From assembly GCA_964612995.1 (NCBI GenBank), contig CAZTGE010000003.1:2394-66393 (forward strand): a DNA stretch of 64,000 nucleotides, read 5' to 3'. The stretch's first letter is position 1, and each line of letters opens with the position of its first letter. This DNA comes from an uncultured candidatus Brocadiaceae bacterium (GTDB taxonomy: Bacteria > Planctomycetota > UBA11346). Made by a program: the position numbers and the translations under genes. This document shows positions 1 through 10,225 of this stretch, piece by piece. Under the pieces are notes generated by a model. The model was not told the origin of the DNA, did not search any database, and was given only the letters and a program-made list of their open reading frames with translations.

Positions 1-70
1 GGTCGCGAAGCCCTGCATTGACAGCACGCTACGACTTTTCGCGACGTTGCTCATGAGGGATCCGGGCTAG
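1..70 (+). mobile_element. MITE-like element family A, copy A1. Only the 3'-terminal 70 bp lie in the window; the element continues upstream. Strand is orientation relative to copies A3/A4
   Basis: Sequence ...gcgaagccctgcattgacagcacgctacgacttttcgcgacgttgctcatgagggatccgggctag is near-identical to the 3' ends of copies at 38884-39064 and 43362-43543. Confidence 0.7.
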
Positions 71-499
71 AGCCTGACCGAAAGGAGGAAAGACGGTAGC
101 CTGCCGGGATTCGCCACGCGCGTGTTCGAGTTCGATCCGCCAGCAGTGCGTGGTCACGAAGGCCTCGGCGACCCGTTCCGGCCATTCGATGCAGGCGATC
201 GCGGTTTCGGCCAGGTCGTGATATCCGATGCCCCACAGATCCTCGGCCGCGTGCAGGCGGTAGGCGTCGACGTGGACCACCGGCGGGGTGGTCTGGTACC
301 AGTGCAACAGGGCGAAGGTCGGGCTGGCGACCTGGTCCGGTGATCCGCCGAGCTCAGTGACCAGATGCCGCACGAAGGTCGTCTTGCCGCAGCCCAGCTG
401 CCCGGTGAGCAGCAGCACACTGCCTGTCGTCAGGCTCGGCGCGATCTCGGCGGCGAGGGCAGCGGTCGCGGCCTGGCTCGGAAGATGACGGCGCAGCAT
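29..499 (-). CDS. tsaE: tRNA threonylcarbamoyladenosine biosynthesis ATPase TsaE (YjeE). Alternative start at 532. The last ~14 codons and the stop lie inside MITE A1
   Basis: P-loop LLLTGQLGCGKTTFVR, then SPTFALLHWY and VHVDAYRL, typical of TsaE. C-terminal ...ARIPHEQRREKS is translated MITE sequence. Confidence 0.8.
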   Translation of the reverse strand: MLRRHLPSQAATAALAAEIAPSLTTGSVLLLTGQLGCGKTTFVRHLVTELGGSPDQVASPTFALLHWYQTTPPVVHVDAYRLHAAEDLWGIGYHDLAETAIACIEWPERVAEAFVTTHCWRIELEHARGESRQATVFPPFGQALARIPHEQRREKS

Positions 500-809
500 C
501 GCCGCATGGTCGTGCGCGCGGTGGGGGCGCAAGGACGAGCCAGCGCGGGAAAGTCCTTCACCTCGCGACCATGCTCCGACAATCCGCGCCTACGCATGAC
601 GGCGCAGGGAGACGCCCGGTCACGGCACCGGGGGCCGAAGGAGTAACGCTCTCAGGCGAAAGGACCTCCGCCCGACGTAGCCCCTGGAGAGACTCGCACG
701 CCGGCACCGGTGAGCGGGCGCCGAAGGAGTCACGCTCTCAGGCAACCGTACGGGGGATCTTCATCCAGCGGGAGGCCCTGGCCCATCCCGCCCTGCTCCG
801 GAGATCCCC

Positions 810-3680
810 ATGTCCAGCCACCCCGTCGCCGACACGAGCTTCATCCCCCGCCATCTCGGCCCTGCCGAGGCCGATCGCGTCGCGATGCTCGCCGAGCTCG
901 GCTACAGCGATCTCGACGCCTTCCTCGCCGCGGTCGTGCCCCAGAGCGTGCGTTCGCGGCAAGAACTCGACCTGCCGAGCGGTCGCGACGAACACCATGC
1001 CCTGGCCGATCTGCGCGCCATCGCCGGACGAAACAAGATCTGCCGCAGCTATATCGGCATGGGCTACAACGCCAGCCTGATGCCGTCGGTGATCAAGCGC
1101 ATGGTGCTCGAGAACCCCGGCTGGTACACGCCCTACACCCCCTACCAGGCAGAGATCGCCCAGGGACGACTCGAAGGGCTGCTGGCCTTCCAGACCGTGA
1201 TCGCCGATCTGACCGGTCTGCCGGTGGCCAACGCCTCACTGCTCGACGAGGCCACCGCCGCGGCCGAGGCGATGACCCTGGCCTACAACGCAAAGGGCGG
1301 CCCCGAGCGCAACGCCTTCTTCGTCGCGCGCGATTGCCACCCGCAGACGATCGACGTGCTGCGCACCCGCGCCTGGCCGCTGGGAATCGAGATCATCATC
1401 GGCGACAGCCGGACCCTCGAACCGGGCCCGAGTATCTTCGGCGCCTTGCTGCAATATCCGGCCACCGATGGCGCGATCCACGATCACGCGCCGGTGATCG
1501 AGCGATGCCATGCCATCGGGGCGCTGGCGATCGTCGCCGCCGACCCGCTCGCCTTGTGCGTGCTGCGCCCGCCCGGCGAATTCGGGGCCGACATCTGCAT
1601 CGGTTCGGTCCAGCGCTTCGGCCTGCCCTTGGCCTATGGCGGCCCGCACGCCGGGTACTTCGCCTGTCAGCAGCGGTTCCTCCGTCGGCTGCCTGGGCGC
1701 CTGGTCGGGGTCTCGCGCGACGCCGACGGCCGTCCGGCCCTGCGTCTGGCGCTGCAGACGCGCGAGCAGCACATCCGGCGCGAGAAGGCGACTTCCAACA
1801 TCTGCACCGCCCAGGCGCTGTTGGCCAACCTCGCGGCCTTCTACGCCATCCACCACGGGCCGGCGGGTCTGCGCAGCATCGCCGAACGTGTCCACGCCCA
1901 CGCGCGCGTGCTGGCCGCGGGCCTGCAGCGCCTGGGCCTGCATGTCGGTCCGCGACGCTTCTTCGACACGGTGCGCGTCGACCTCTCCCACCAGGCCAGC
2001 GCCGATATCCTCGAGCGCGCCGAGGCGCGCGGGGTCAACCTGCGCTCGCTCGATTCCCAAACCATCGGCATCAGCCTCGACGAGACGGTGGACGGCGAGG
2101 ACGTCGAACAGCTGTGGGCGATCTTCGCCGGCAGCGACGCCGCCCCGTTCACCTACGATGCGGTCGCCGAACAGAGCGAGCAGCGTGTCGATGAGCAGGT
2201 CGCGCGCAGCTCGGCCTACCTCACAGATCCGCTGTTCCATAGCTGTCGCAGCGAAACCGCGATGATGCGCTACATCAAGCGCCTCGAACAGAAGGACGTC
2301 GGGCTCGCGCAGTCGATGATCCCACTCGGCTCGTGCACCATGAAGCTGAGCCCGGCCGCGGCGATGGCGCCGATCACATGGTCCGCGTTCGCCGACATCC
2401 ATCCATTCGTTCCGCCCGATCAGGCGCGGGGCTACCGCAAACTGTTCCAGCAACTCGAGCAATGGCTCGCCGCGGTGACTCGCCTCGAGGCGGTGAGCCT
2501 CCAGCCGAATGCCGGCAGCCAGGGCGAATACGCCGGCCTGCTCGCGATCCGCGCTTATCACAAGAGCCGGGGCCAGGGCCACCGCCGCGTCTGTCTCATC
2601 CCCGCCTCGGCCCACGGCACCAACCCGGCCAGCGCGCGGATGGCTGGGATGGAAGTGGTCGACGTGGCCTGCGACGACCAGGGCAACATCGATCTGACCG
2701 ACCTCAGCGCCAAGGCCGAAGCGCATGCCGAGGACGTCGCCGCGCTGATGATCACCTATCCCTCGACCCACGGTGTGTTCGAGGAGACGGTCCGCGAGGT
2801 CTGCGATATCGTCCACCGGCACGGCGCGCAGGTCTACATGGACGGGGCGAACATGAATGCCCAGATGGGCCTGTGCTCGCCGGGGGATGTCGGCGCCGAC
2901 GTCTGCCATCTCAACCTGCACAAGACCTTCGCCATCCCCCATGGCGGTGGTGGCCCGGGTGTCGGCCCGATCTGCGTCGCGCGGCACCTCGCCCCCTTCC
3001 TGCCCCAGCATCCGGTGATCCCGGTCGGCAGCGAATCGGTCCTCGGCGCGGTCGCCGCAGCGCCCTACGGCAGCGCCGGCATCACCATGATCAGTTGGAT
3101 GTACATCGCGATGATGGGCGGTGACGGGCTCGCAGCCTCGACCGCGGTGGCGATCCTCAACGCCAACTACATCGCCAGACGCCTCGCCGGCGCCTACGAA
3201 GTGCTGTATACCGGCCCGGGCGGGCTGGTGGCTCATGAGTGTATCCTCGACCTGCGGCCCTTCCGCAAGCTCGCCGGCGTGACCGAGGAGGATGTCGCCA
3301 AACGCTTGATGGACTTCGGTTTCCATGCCCCGACGGTCTCCTTCCCGGTCGCCGGCACGCTGATGGTCGAACCGACCGAGAGCGAACCACGCGAGGAACT
3401 CGACCGCTTCTGCGAGGCCATGCTGACCATCCGCGAAGAGATCGACGCCATCGCCGCAGGCACCAGCGATGCGGTAGACAACCCGCTCAAGCACGCACCG
3501 CACCCGGCGGCCACGGCCGCGGGCGACGATTGGGAGCACGCCTACTCGCGTACCCGCGCGGTCTGGCCGTTGCCCTGGGTCGCCGAGCGCAAGTACTGGC
3601 CGCCGGTCGCGCGCATCGACAACGTCTATGGCGATCGCAACCTCCGGGTGCGCCTCCCGGTGACACTCGATGAGCCCTGA
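810..3680 (+). CDS. gcvP: glycine dehydrogenase (decarboxylating), glycine cleavage system P protein
   Basis: 956-aa ORF, GcvP-like along its full length, including the PLP-lysine region ...[19 protein letters not shown]. Confidence 0.95.
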   Translation: MSSHPVADTSFIPRHLGPAEADRVAMLAELGYSDLDAFLAAVVPQSVRSRQELDLPSGRDEHHALADLRAIAGRNKICRSYIGMGYNASLMPSVIKRMVLENPGWYTPYTPYQAEIAQGRLEGLLAFQTVIADLTGLPVANASLLDEATAAAEAMTLAYNAKGGPERNAFFVARDCHPQTIDVLRTRAWPLGIEIIIGDSRTLEPGPSIFGALLQYPATDGAIHDHAPVIERCHAIGALAIVAADPLALCVLRPPGEFGADICIGSVQRFGLPLAYGGPHAGYFACQQRFLRRLPGRLVGVSRDADGRPALRLALQTREQHIRREKATSNICTAQALLANLAAFYAIHHGPAGLRSIAERVHAHARVLAAGLQRLGLHVGPRRFFDTVRVDLSHQASADILERAEARGVNLRSLDSQTIGISLDETVDGEDVEQLWAIFAGSDAAPFTYDAVAEQSEQRVDEQVARSSAYLTDPLFHSCRSETAMMRYIKRLEQKDVGLAQSMIPLGSCTMKLSPAAAMAPITWSAFADIHPFVPPDQARGYRKLFQQLEQWLAAVTRLEAVSLQPNAGSQGEYAGLLAIRAYHKSRGQGHRRVCLIPASAHGTNPASARMAGMEVVDVACDDQGNIDLTDLSAKAEAHAEDVAALMITYPSTHGVFEETVREVCDIVHRHGAQVYMDGANMNAQMGLCSPGDVGADVCHLNLHKTFAIPHGGGGPGVGPICVARHLAPFLPQHPVIPVGSESVLGAVAAAPYGSAGITMISWMYIAMMGGDGLAASTAVAILNANYIARRLAGAYEVLYTGPGGLVAHECILDLRPFRKLAGVTEEDVAKRLMDFGFHAPTVSFPVAGTLMVEPTESEPREELDRFCEAMLTIREEIDAIAAGTSDAVDNPLKHAPHPAATAAGDDWEHAYSRTRAVWPLPWVAERKYWPPVARIDNVYGDRNLRVRLPVTLDEP

Positions 3681-3859
3681 GCCACTGCGGGCTGTGGTGC
3701 GCACGCCCGCACCCGCAAGCGTGCGCACTGCCTTGAGCTCGCGGGTCGGTCACAGACAATGGAGAGAGAAAGGGTTGAGACGCCGGAGGCGTCTGTGACA
3801 TATGAGGGTAGAGCAGGCCATGATGCGCCCGACGCACATGGCCGGGAGGTCACACGACA

Positions 3860-5887
3860 ATGGCCATCCAGGTCCCACGATCACTGGTCGCACTGAGCGC
3901 GCCGCTGCTCGTACTCGGCCTCGGCGCCTGTGGCGGCGGTGGAGGCCCCCCGCTCTCTCCTGACGGCCCGCAGGTCACCGCCACCACGCCCGACGACGGC
4001 GCCACCGGCGTACCCAACGACAGCATCGTCAGCGCCACCTTCGGCGAAGCGATGAACCCCGCGACCATCTCCGCCACGAGTTTCACGCTCTATCCCGAAG
4101 GCATGGTCTTTCCCGTGGCCGCCAGCGTCTCCTACGACCACAGCGCCAACAAGGCCCTGCTCGCCCCCAACGCTCCCCTGAGCGATGCCACCGGCTATCG
4201 GGCCCAGCTGGGCGACAGCATCGCCGCGGAGGACGGCACGCGTCTGGGCGATGACTTCGCCTGGAACTTCGAGACTCCGATCGACAGCGTACCGCCGGTC
4301 GTCGTCGCGACGACGCCGATCGAAGGCGCCACCGGCGTCGCCCCGGATATCGTCGTCACCGCCACCTTCAGCGAAGCGATGGATCCCGCGACCATCGTCG
4401 CGAGCACGGTCACCCTGCACGAGATGCCCGCGAACGATCCGGTGGCGGGCACGGTCGATTACGCTGCGACGAGCAACACCGTGGCCTTCACCCCCGATGC
4501 CCCCCTGCGTCACGGTTTCACCTACGTCGCACGCATCGGATCCTCGGTCCAGGACGCAGCCGGCGTCTCGATGCCGACCAGCGTGACCTGGAACTTCACC
4601 ATCACCAACGCGACCGGCCCGGACGCCAACTGGCGTCTGCTCGGGGCCCAGCTCGACCCGGCCGGCGCCCCGGCCGGTGAATCCGTCGACCCGACGATGA
4701 TGATCAGCGCCGGCCAGCCCCTGGTCGGCTACCGTCACGCGCAGACCCAAGCCTACCTCCAGGCCTGGGACGAGGGCATCGGCTGGCGCGATCCGCTCGG
4801 CGGCGAGGCCAACGCCGGCCCTCTGGCCCCAGTGCTCTATACCGGTCCGGCCTTCGTCGCGACCGACAACGCGGTCTTCCTCGCCTATGCCCAGGCCGGC
4901 GATGGCGCCGTCGGCGGCGCCGGCGCCAACAGCCAGGTGCTCGTCCGCCGCTGGGGCGACATCACCGGCTGGGTCACATGGAACGACGGCGACGAGGTCT
5001 CCGTGCCTTACAGCCCGAACCAGTCTGCCGGCGCCGATGCCCTGTCACCGGCCCTGACCACCGGCGAGGGTGGCCAGCCGGTGGTCGCCTGGGTCGAAGC
5101 CGAGGCCGCCGGTGACGATGACGACGAGGCGGTCTGGGCCGCCGAGGTCACCGCTCCCTCCTCGGTCCGCTACGGTCCGCTGCAGCGCGACACCGAGAAC
5201 GACACCAACGGCTCCCCGGTGCGGGTGGTCGACATCGCCGGGAACCCCGCAGGCACCTACCACTACATCGCCCACTGGGAGGCGGAAGACAACGATCCAG
5301 CGCAGACGCGGCTCTATGTCTCCTATCTCAGCGACGGCGGTTTCGGCACTGCCGAGAACGTGGCCATCGCCACCGACTACAGTTCGGGTACCGACCTCGG
5401 GCGACCGAGCGTGGCGGTCGATCTCGACGGGACCGTCTACGTCGCCTACGCACGCACCGACACCGCCGGCAACCGCCGGGTCTGGGTCCAACGTCGTAGT
5501 GGTTCGACCTGGAAGATCCTCGGTTCCGCTCCGCTCTCGGCGCTCGCGCCCGAGGAACGCGGCGCTGCTGGCGATCCTGATCTGTTGCTGGTCAACGGCT
5601 ATCTGCTCGCCGCCTGGCACGAGCGCGCTGACGCAGACGACGCACCCGACCGTGTCCACGTCGCCTATTGGGACCACTTCGCCGATCGCTGGCGCAGCAT
5701 CGGTGACGCCGTCAACGTCGACCCGCAGCGCAACGCAACCGATCCCAGTCTGGCACTCGATGCCGAGAACGAGGTGCTCTACGTCGCCTTCACCGAAGAG
5801 GTCGCCGGAGCACGGCGGGTTTTCGTCAAGCGCCGTGCGATGCCCGCGGAACTCTACCCCTTCGTCTCCTGGCGCCACGACGGCTGA
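3860..5887 (+). CDS. lipoprotein with two tandem Ig-like (SbsA/Big_5-type) domains and a C-terminal BNR-like beta-propeller region
   Basis: Signal peptide plus lipobox LVLGLGAC. Duplicated segment ATTPxxGATGVxxDxxVxATFSEAMxPATI. SxxTW-like motifs near the C-terminus. Confidence 0.6.
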   Translation: MAIQVPRSLVALSAPLLVLGLGACGGGGGPPLSPDGPQVTATTPDDGATGVPNDSIVSATFGEAMNPATISATSFTLYPEGMVFPVAASVSYDHSANKALLAPNAPLSDATGYRAQLGDSIAAEDGTRLGDDFAWNFETPIDSVPPVVVATTPIEGATGVAPDIVVTATFSEAMDPATIVASTVTLHEMPANDPVAGTVDYAATSNTVAFTPDAPLRHGFTYVARIGSSVQDAAGVSMPTSVTWNFTITNATGPDANWRLLGAQLDPAGAPAGESVDPTMMISAGQPLVGYRHAQTQAYLQAWDEGIGWRDPLGGEANAGPLAPVLYTGPAFVATDNAVFLAYAQAGDGAVGGAGANSQVLVRRWGDITGWVTWNDGDEVSVPYSPNQSAGADALSPALTTGEGGQPVVAWVEAEAAGDDDDEAVWAAEVTAPSSVRYGPLQRDTENDTNGSPVRVVDIAGNPAGTYHYIAHWEAEDNDPAQTRLYVSYLSDGGFGTAENVAIATDYSSGTDLGRPSVAVDLDGTVYVAYARTDTAGNRRVWVQRRSGSTWKILGSAPLSALAPEERGAAGDPDLLLVNGYLLAAWHERADADDAPDRVHVAYWDHFADRWRSIGDAVNVDPQRNATDPSLALDAENEVLYVAFTEEVAGARRVFVKRRAMPAELYPFVSWRHDG

Positions 5888-5998
5888 TCCGGAGCCTCGG
5901 CACTCCCCCCACCTCCTACGCTCGCGGGAGACACGCTGCAGAGCAGCTGCCGTGCGTGACGCGGTGTGTTCGGTCGGGCTCTCGGATTCCTTGCGGGG

Positions 5999-7321
5999 CT
6001 ACCAGCAGCGCTCGATGCGAGCGCTGCGATAGAAGAAGGCCAGGATCTGCCGCGCATCCAGCCCGCGATGCGCCATGGCCCAGGCGCTGATCTGGCTCAA
6101 CCCCACGCCGTGTCCGTAGCCGCGTCCACGCAGCAGGAGATGCGTCCGGGTGCTCAGGCAGGTATCCCACAAAGTGCTGCGCACCCTCCGGCTGCCCAGG
6201 GCGCGCCGCAATACGGTCGCCGGCACCAGGTGGGCTCCGGCATCGCTGCGCAACTCCACCGTTGCCACGCGCTGCCCGTCGCCGTGGCGCGTGGCGATGT
6301 GTACTGCCTGCACGCGTGGTGCGAGCAGGGGCGGCTCGCCGAGGCCCCGCAACAGACGGGCGACCTCGCCGAGTTCCACCCGGCATTCCCAATGCATCAC
6401 CTGCTCGCGTCCCAGGCCGTGGGCGCCGACCTCGGCGAAGGGATCGCGCACCGCGCGCAGCGCCCGCGCCGGATCGGTGGTGCCGTCCGGGAAGCGGCGT
6501 CCGGGCCAGACGCTGTCCACATCCGCGGTCATCCCGCCGGAGCAGGAGTGGAAGTAGGCCGGCAGGACCTGATCGTCGAGCGCGAGCACCTGACCCCGCG
6601 TGCTCCGTAGCGCCGCGGCGAGGTTGGGATGGATCTTCTCGGGCAGTCCGCCGTAGGCCATGTCGATCGCCGGTGTGGCGTCGAGCTGCCAGGGCTGATC
6701 GCGTCGGGCGAACCAGCGCGAGAGCGCATAGCTGCGCGCCGCCACCGCCTGGGCCGCGAGCGCAGCGACCGGCCAGTCGGGCTCGACCTCGCGCACCAGC
6801 ACGCCTGGCAGGTAGGCTTCGCATCCGAGCCGCTCGCAGACCATAACCGTGCCGCCGTCGTGCAGCAGCACCAGCGACCCACCATGCAAGGTGCGTTGCC
6901 GCGCTGCGGCGCCGCGCTCGCACGCGAATGCCGGGCCCGACCCCGCGAAACGCAGCACGGCCTGCTCACTGGCGACAGGCGTGCCTGCGATCTGCAGACG
7001 ATGCGCGTGGATCCCCACCGCGAGCGGACCCGGCGAGAGCGTGCGTCCTGCGAGCGTTGCGGGGCGCAGCAGCACCAGATCCAGCTCGGTGGCTGATCCC
7101 AGCCGGACGGTCAGCTCGGGCTCGCCATCGAGCGAGCCGAGGTCCCTCCGCGGTGCCGCGCGTACCGCGTTCGCCGGCTGCGGTCGGGTCCGGATCGCGG
7201 TGGAACGATCCGGGCTGCGCCACCAGGGATGCGCGGTCCGGCGTTGGCAGCCGCCGAGGACGACCAGCCCCAGCAGGCAGATGAGGCCGGCACGGCCAGT
7301 CGACATCATCGCCAGGCGCAT
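5999..7321 (-). CDS. SpoIID/LytB domain lipoprotein (amidase enhancer-like)
   Basis: Lipobox VVLGGC. Motifs HSCSGGMTAD and GYGHGVGLSQ are typical of the SpoIID/LytB family. Confidence 0.75.
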   Translation of the reverse strand: MRLAMMSTGRAGLICLLGLVVLGGCQRRTAHPWWRSPDRSTAIRTRPQPANAVRAAPRRDLGSLDGEPELTVRLGSATELDLVLLRPATLAGRTLSPGPLAVGIHAHRLQIAGTPVASEQAVLRFAGSGPAFACERGAAARQRTLHGGSLVLLHDGGTVMVCERLGCEAYLPGVLVREVEPDWPVAALAAQAVAARSYALSRWFARRDQPWQLDATPAIDMAYGGLPEKIHPNLAAALRSTRGQVLALDDQVLPAYFHSCSGGMTADVDSVWPGRRFPDGTTDPARALRAVRDPFAEVGAHGLGREQVMHWECRVELGEVARLLRGLGEPPLLAPRVQAVHIATRHGDGQRVATVELRSDAGAHLVPATVLRRALGSRRVRSTLWDTCLSTRTHLLLRGRGYGHGVGLSQISAWAMAHRGLDARQILAFFYRSARIERCW

Positions 7322-7322
7322 C

Positions 7323-8153
7323 TCAGGTGTCTCCGAAGGGCAGGACCATGCCGTCGTAGGCGAGCTCGACGCCCGGCGGCAGCCGACCCGCCCAACGCGC
7401 GTAGCGCATCTCGGGGCCCATGTGGACGAATACGGTCCGGCGCGGACGCACCCGTTCGACCACCATGAGCGCTTCGGCCAGGTGCATGTGGGTCTCGTGC
7501 TCGTCCTCGCGCAACATACCGAGGACCAGGAGTTCGAGATCCTGCAGGTAGGCGAAACTGACTTCGGGGAAGACCTTGACGTCGGTGCAGTAGCCCATGC
7601 TGCCGCAGCGGAAGCCGGTGGTACGGCCGGCTGGCCCGTGGCTCTGCTCGAATGCCGTCACCGGCAGGCCCGCGAGTTCGAGCGTCAACCCGTCGGAGAG
7701 CGATCGTGTGCGCAGCACCGGGCGAGAGAGGTAGTAGGCCTCCTCCTCCTCGGTCGGGAAACAGTAGTCGAAACGTCGCCGCAGCTGCGCCAGATGGGTC
7801 GCATGACCATAGATGACGATGGGGTCGCCGTGCTGAAGGCGGTTGAGATGGCGCAACTCGTTGATTCCGTGGGTGTGATCGGCGTGCTCGTGGGTCAGGA
7901 GCACCGCGTCGCAACGGGTGATGCACCGCTGTGGGTAGTGGATGCCATCCCAGTCGCGGTAGGGGTCGCGCATCTGGTGCATCAGATCCGGTCCGGCATC
8001 GATCAGCAGCACCTGGTCGTCCGGTCCGCGGATGATCGCCCCCGACCGCCGCCGGTGATCCCGGGGATCCTCCGACCATTGCTCGGGCCAACCCCAAGGG
8101 GGAGAGCCGTGACTGGTACCGCACCCGGAGATCACCAGGTTCCATCCGCTCAT
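7323..8153 (-). CDS. MBL-fold metallohydrolase (PhnP/GPMETALLO-like)
   Basis: N-terminus MSGWNLVISGCGTSHG and the LLTHEHADHTHG metal-binding motif. The 5' ORF extension to 8654 is RG-rich and was discarded. Confidence 0.75.
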   Translation of the reverse strand: MSGWNLVISGCGTSHGSPPWGWPEQWSEDPRDHRRRSGAIIRGPDDQVLLIDAGPDLMHQMRDPYRDWDGIHYPQRCITRCDAVLLTHEHADHTHGINELRHLNRLQHGDPIVIYGHATHLAQLRRRFDYCFPTEEEEAYYLSRPVLRTRSLSDGLTLELAGLPVTAFEQSHGPAGRTTGFRCGSMGYCTDVKVFPEVSFAYLQDLELLVLGMLREDEHETHMHLAEALMVVERVRPRRTVFVHMGPEMRYARWAGRLPPGVELAYDGMVLPFGDT

Positions 8154-8280
8154 AGCTGCAGTGTTCCCCGGCTGCGAGATGGAGCAAGGCCTCGGCCCTG
8201 GACGGGCATCAGCGTCACTGCCGCACAGGCAGGCGGAATTGACTTCATTTCGTCGCCGCCCCTGCTGAGATCCCGCCCTT

Positions 8281-9099
8281 ATGGACCTGCCAGCCCCCAG
8301 GCTGATCGCCCTCGATCTCGACGGCACCCTGATCACCCCCGACAACCGCATCCCGAGAGCGCATCGCGACGCGCTCGCCCGACTCGAGGAGCTGGGCGTG
8401 GCGGTTGCGATCGTCACCGGACGTCCGGTGCTCAGCACGCGCCCGATCCATCGTGCTCTCGGCCTCCATGGGCCGGTGGTCTGCTTCAACGGGGTCTGGG
8501 CCGGTGATCCCAATGGCCCGGCGATCCATAGCGACATGCTCGATGCCGACGAGGTCGCCGGCATCCTGCCGGAACTGGTATGTCGCGAGCGCGGCAGCAT
8601 CAGCCTGTATCCCGACGTCGAACGTTGGATCATGGACCAGCTCTGTCCGACCACCGCCGGCTGGCAACAGCTCTACGGGGTCCCGATCCAGCTCGACCCC
8701 GCTCTGCGTAGCGACTGGAGCGCGCCCAGCTGCAAGATCCTCTATGCCGATGAGCCCGAGCAGATCGCGGAGTTGTGCCCGGCGCTGCAGGCGCGCTTCG
8801 CCGAACGCTACCACATCACCACCAGCCAGAATGACCGTCTTGAGATAACCCGTCACGGGGTGACCAAGGACCGCGGCCTCGCCGCCCTGGCCGACCATCT
8901 GGGTATTGCCCGCGAGGCCGTCTGGGCGGTCGGCGACGGCGCCAACGATATCGAGATGCTGCAGTGGGCAGGAGCGGGTCTGGCCATGGGGCACGCCGCA
9001 CCGGCGGTGCGCGCGGCCGCAAAGCACGTGCTGCCGGGCATCGACGCCGCCGGGCTGCAGGTGCTGCCCGAGCTGGTGATCGCTGCACGGCGGGGCTGA
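8281..9099 (+). CDS. Cof-type HAD-IIB family hydrolase
   Basis: LIALDLDGTLITPD motif I, AIVTGRP, and C-terminal GDGANDIEML. Confidence 0.8.
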   Translation: MDLPAPRLIALDLDGTLITPDNRIPRAHRDALARLEELGVAVAIVTGRPVLSTRPIHRALGLHGPVVCFNGVWAGDPNGPAIHSDMLDADEVAGILPELVCRERGSISLYPDVERWIMDQLCPTTAGWQQLYGVPIQLDPALRSDWSAPSCKILYADEPEQIAELCPALQARFAERYHITTSQNDRLEITRHGVTKDRGLAALADHLGIAREAVWAVGDGANDIEMLQWAGAGLAMGHAAPAVRAAAKHVLPGIDAAGLQVLPELVIAARRG

Positions 9100-9752
9100 T
9101 GCGCGGCCCCGCCTGCCTCGCACGGCTGCATGAACCGGCTTTTGCCTGGGACCGGGCCATCGAAGCGGCCGCGAGCGATGGCGACCATCGCCCGACCTGG
9201 GCCTACGCCTGGCCGACCGGTGACCGCTTGGCCCAGGACCTGACACGCCTGATCGATTGTCGGGGTCTGGGAGTGGCCGATCTCGGGTGCGGTCGCGGGC
9301 ATGGCGGACTGGCCGCGTTGCTCGCCGGCTGCACCCGGGCTCTGTTCGCCGATGCCAGCCCCCATCCTCTCGGCTGGGTCGAGGCCGTCCTGGAAGCCAA
9401 CGCCCTGAGCGATCGGGCCCAGACCCGAGTCCACCGTTGGGGCACGCCATTGCCGCAGGGGCCCTGGGACCTGATCATCGGGGGCGACATCCTCTATCGC
9501 CCGGAATGCTTCGCCGCCTTGCTGGATACGCTCATGGCCTCGCTCGCCCCCGAAGGGTGCGCTCTGTTGGCCGATCCACGACAGGGACTCGAACCGGAGC
9601 TCGTCCCGCTGGCCGAGGCGCGCGGCCTGAAGTGGGATGCCGCGCGCCAGGCAAGCGGATACACCCTGGTCCGGGTGTGGCTCACGCCGTCGCGCGATCG
9701 ACGTCCTCGAACTGCGGCGTGCGATATCCGAGATCCCGGCTGCGCCGGCTGA
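9099..9752 (+). CDS. class I SAM-dependent methyltransferase (Methyltransf_16 / protein-lysine MTase-like)
   Basis: ATG overlaps the upstream TGA (ATGA junction). VADLGCGRGHGGLAALLAG is a SAM-binding motif I. Confidence 0.65.
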   Translation: MRGPACLARLHEPAFAWDRAIEAAASDGDHRPTWAYAWPTGDRLAQDLTRLIDCRGLGVADLGCGRGHGGLAALLAGCTRALFADASPHPLGWVEAVLEANALSDRAQTRVHRWGTPLPQGPWDLIIGGDILYRPECFAALLDTLMASLAPEGCALLADPRQGLEPELVPLAEARGLKWDAARQASGYTLVRVWLTPSRDRRPRTAACDIRDPGCAG

Positions 9753-9918
9753 GGATGCGGAAGGCCATCTTCGCGTCCGGATTCATGTAGAGGTCGAGCT
9801 GCTTCTGCGTCGCCACGTCGAACAGGGCGAAGCCAGTGCGCGAGTAATCGCCTTTGACCTTGCGGATCACGGTTTCGGGCCGACGACGAGTAAGCGAGTA
9901 ACGGACGTGGTGACGCAT
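9682..9918 (-). CDS. hypothetical small basic protein (78 aa); 3' end overlaps the methyltransferase convergently
   Basis: ORF only. The K/R-rich composition is protein-like but no family is recognised. Confidence 0.35.
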   Translation of the reverse strand: MRHHVRYSLTRRRPETVIRKVKGDYSRTGFALFDVATQKQLDLYMNPDAKMAFRILSRRSRDLGYRTPQFEDVDRATA

Positions 9919-9924
9919 GGCGCA

Positions 9925-10225
9925 CCCTTTCTGCGATTAAAGAAATTCAATCCGCACTGAGCGGCGAGGGATTGCGATTACTATACCTGCTCCCCCTCCG
10001 ATGCCAGCGCTTTTTCCCCTGGCTCGCCACCCGGGTCGTCCACAGACTGCCAGGAATATGGCTGAAGACAATATAAGTAAAATGCCAACAATCCTTTACG
10101 ATATCTTGACGCGATCTTGCCTCTATCCAGGCCTCTTGCCGCCGCCATTGTGGCCAACTCGTCAACATCCACACTGCAGCTTTTTGTATTAAGTATATCA
10201 GCTGTCGCTACTCAGGCCCATCGGG
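9925..10225. promoter_or_regulatory. AT-rich intergenic island, roughly 50% GC against ~69% background, between divergent genes. Likely holds promoters
   Basis: Runs such as aatataagtaaaatgccaacaatcctttacgatatcttgac and ctttttgtattaagtatatcag. No convincing ORF. Confidence 0.3.

Noticed and set aside
1236-3728. 830-aa ORF on the minus strand, plus 710..2194 (+, 494 aa) and other long ORFs overlapping gcvP
   Set aside because: Antisense or off-frame to a well-supported GcvP gene. The translations are Arg/Gly/Ala-rich low-complexity sequence typical of GC3-driven open frames. The same reasoning applies to 12698..14788(-), 10829..12676(-), 14610..16229(-), 16645..17895(+), 22778..24886 (5' part), 39071..41419(+), 41450..42832(+), 51306..53429(+), 56455..58081 and similar.
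3777-3795. Short palindrome agacgccggaggcgtct after gcvP as a terminator
   Set aside because: A 7-bp stem with no U-tract, about 100 nt from the stop. Too weak to call on sequence alone.
10001-10192. 63-aa ORF inside the AT-rich island
   Set aside because: Composition is atypical for this genome, there is no RBS, and it lies in a probable promoter region. Treated as non-coding.
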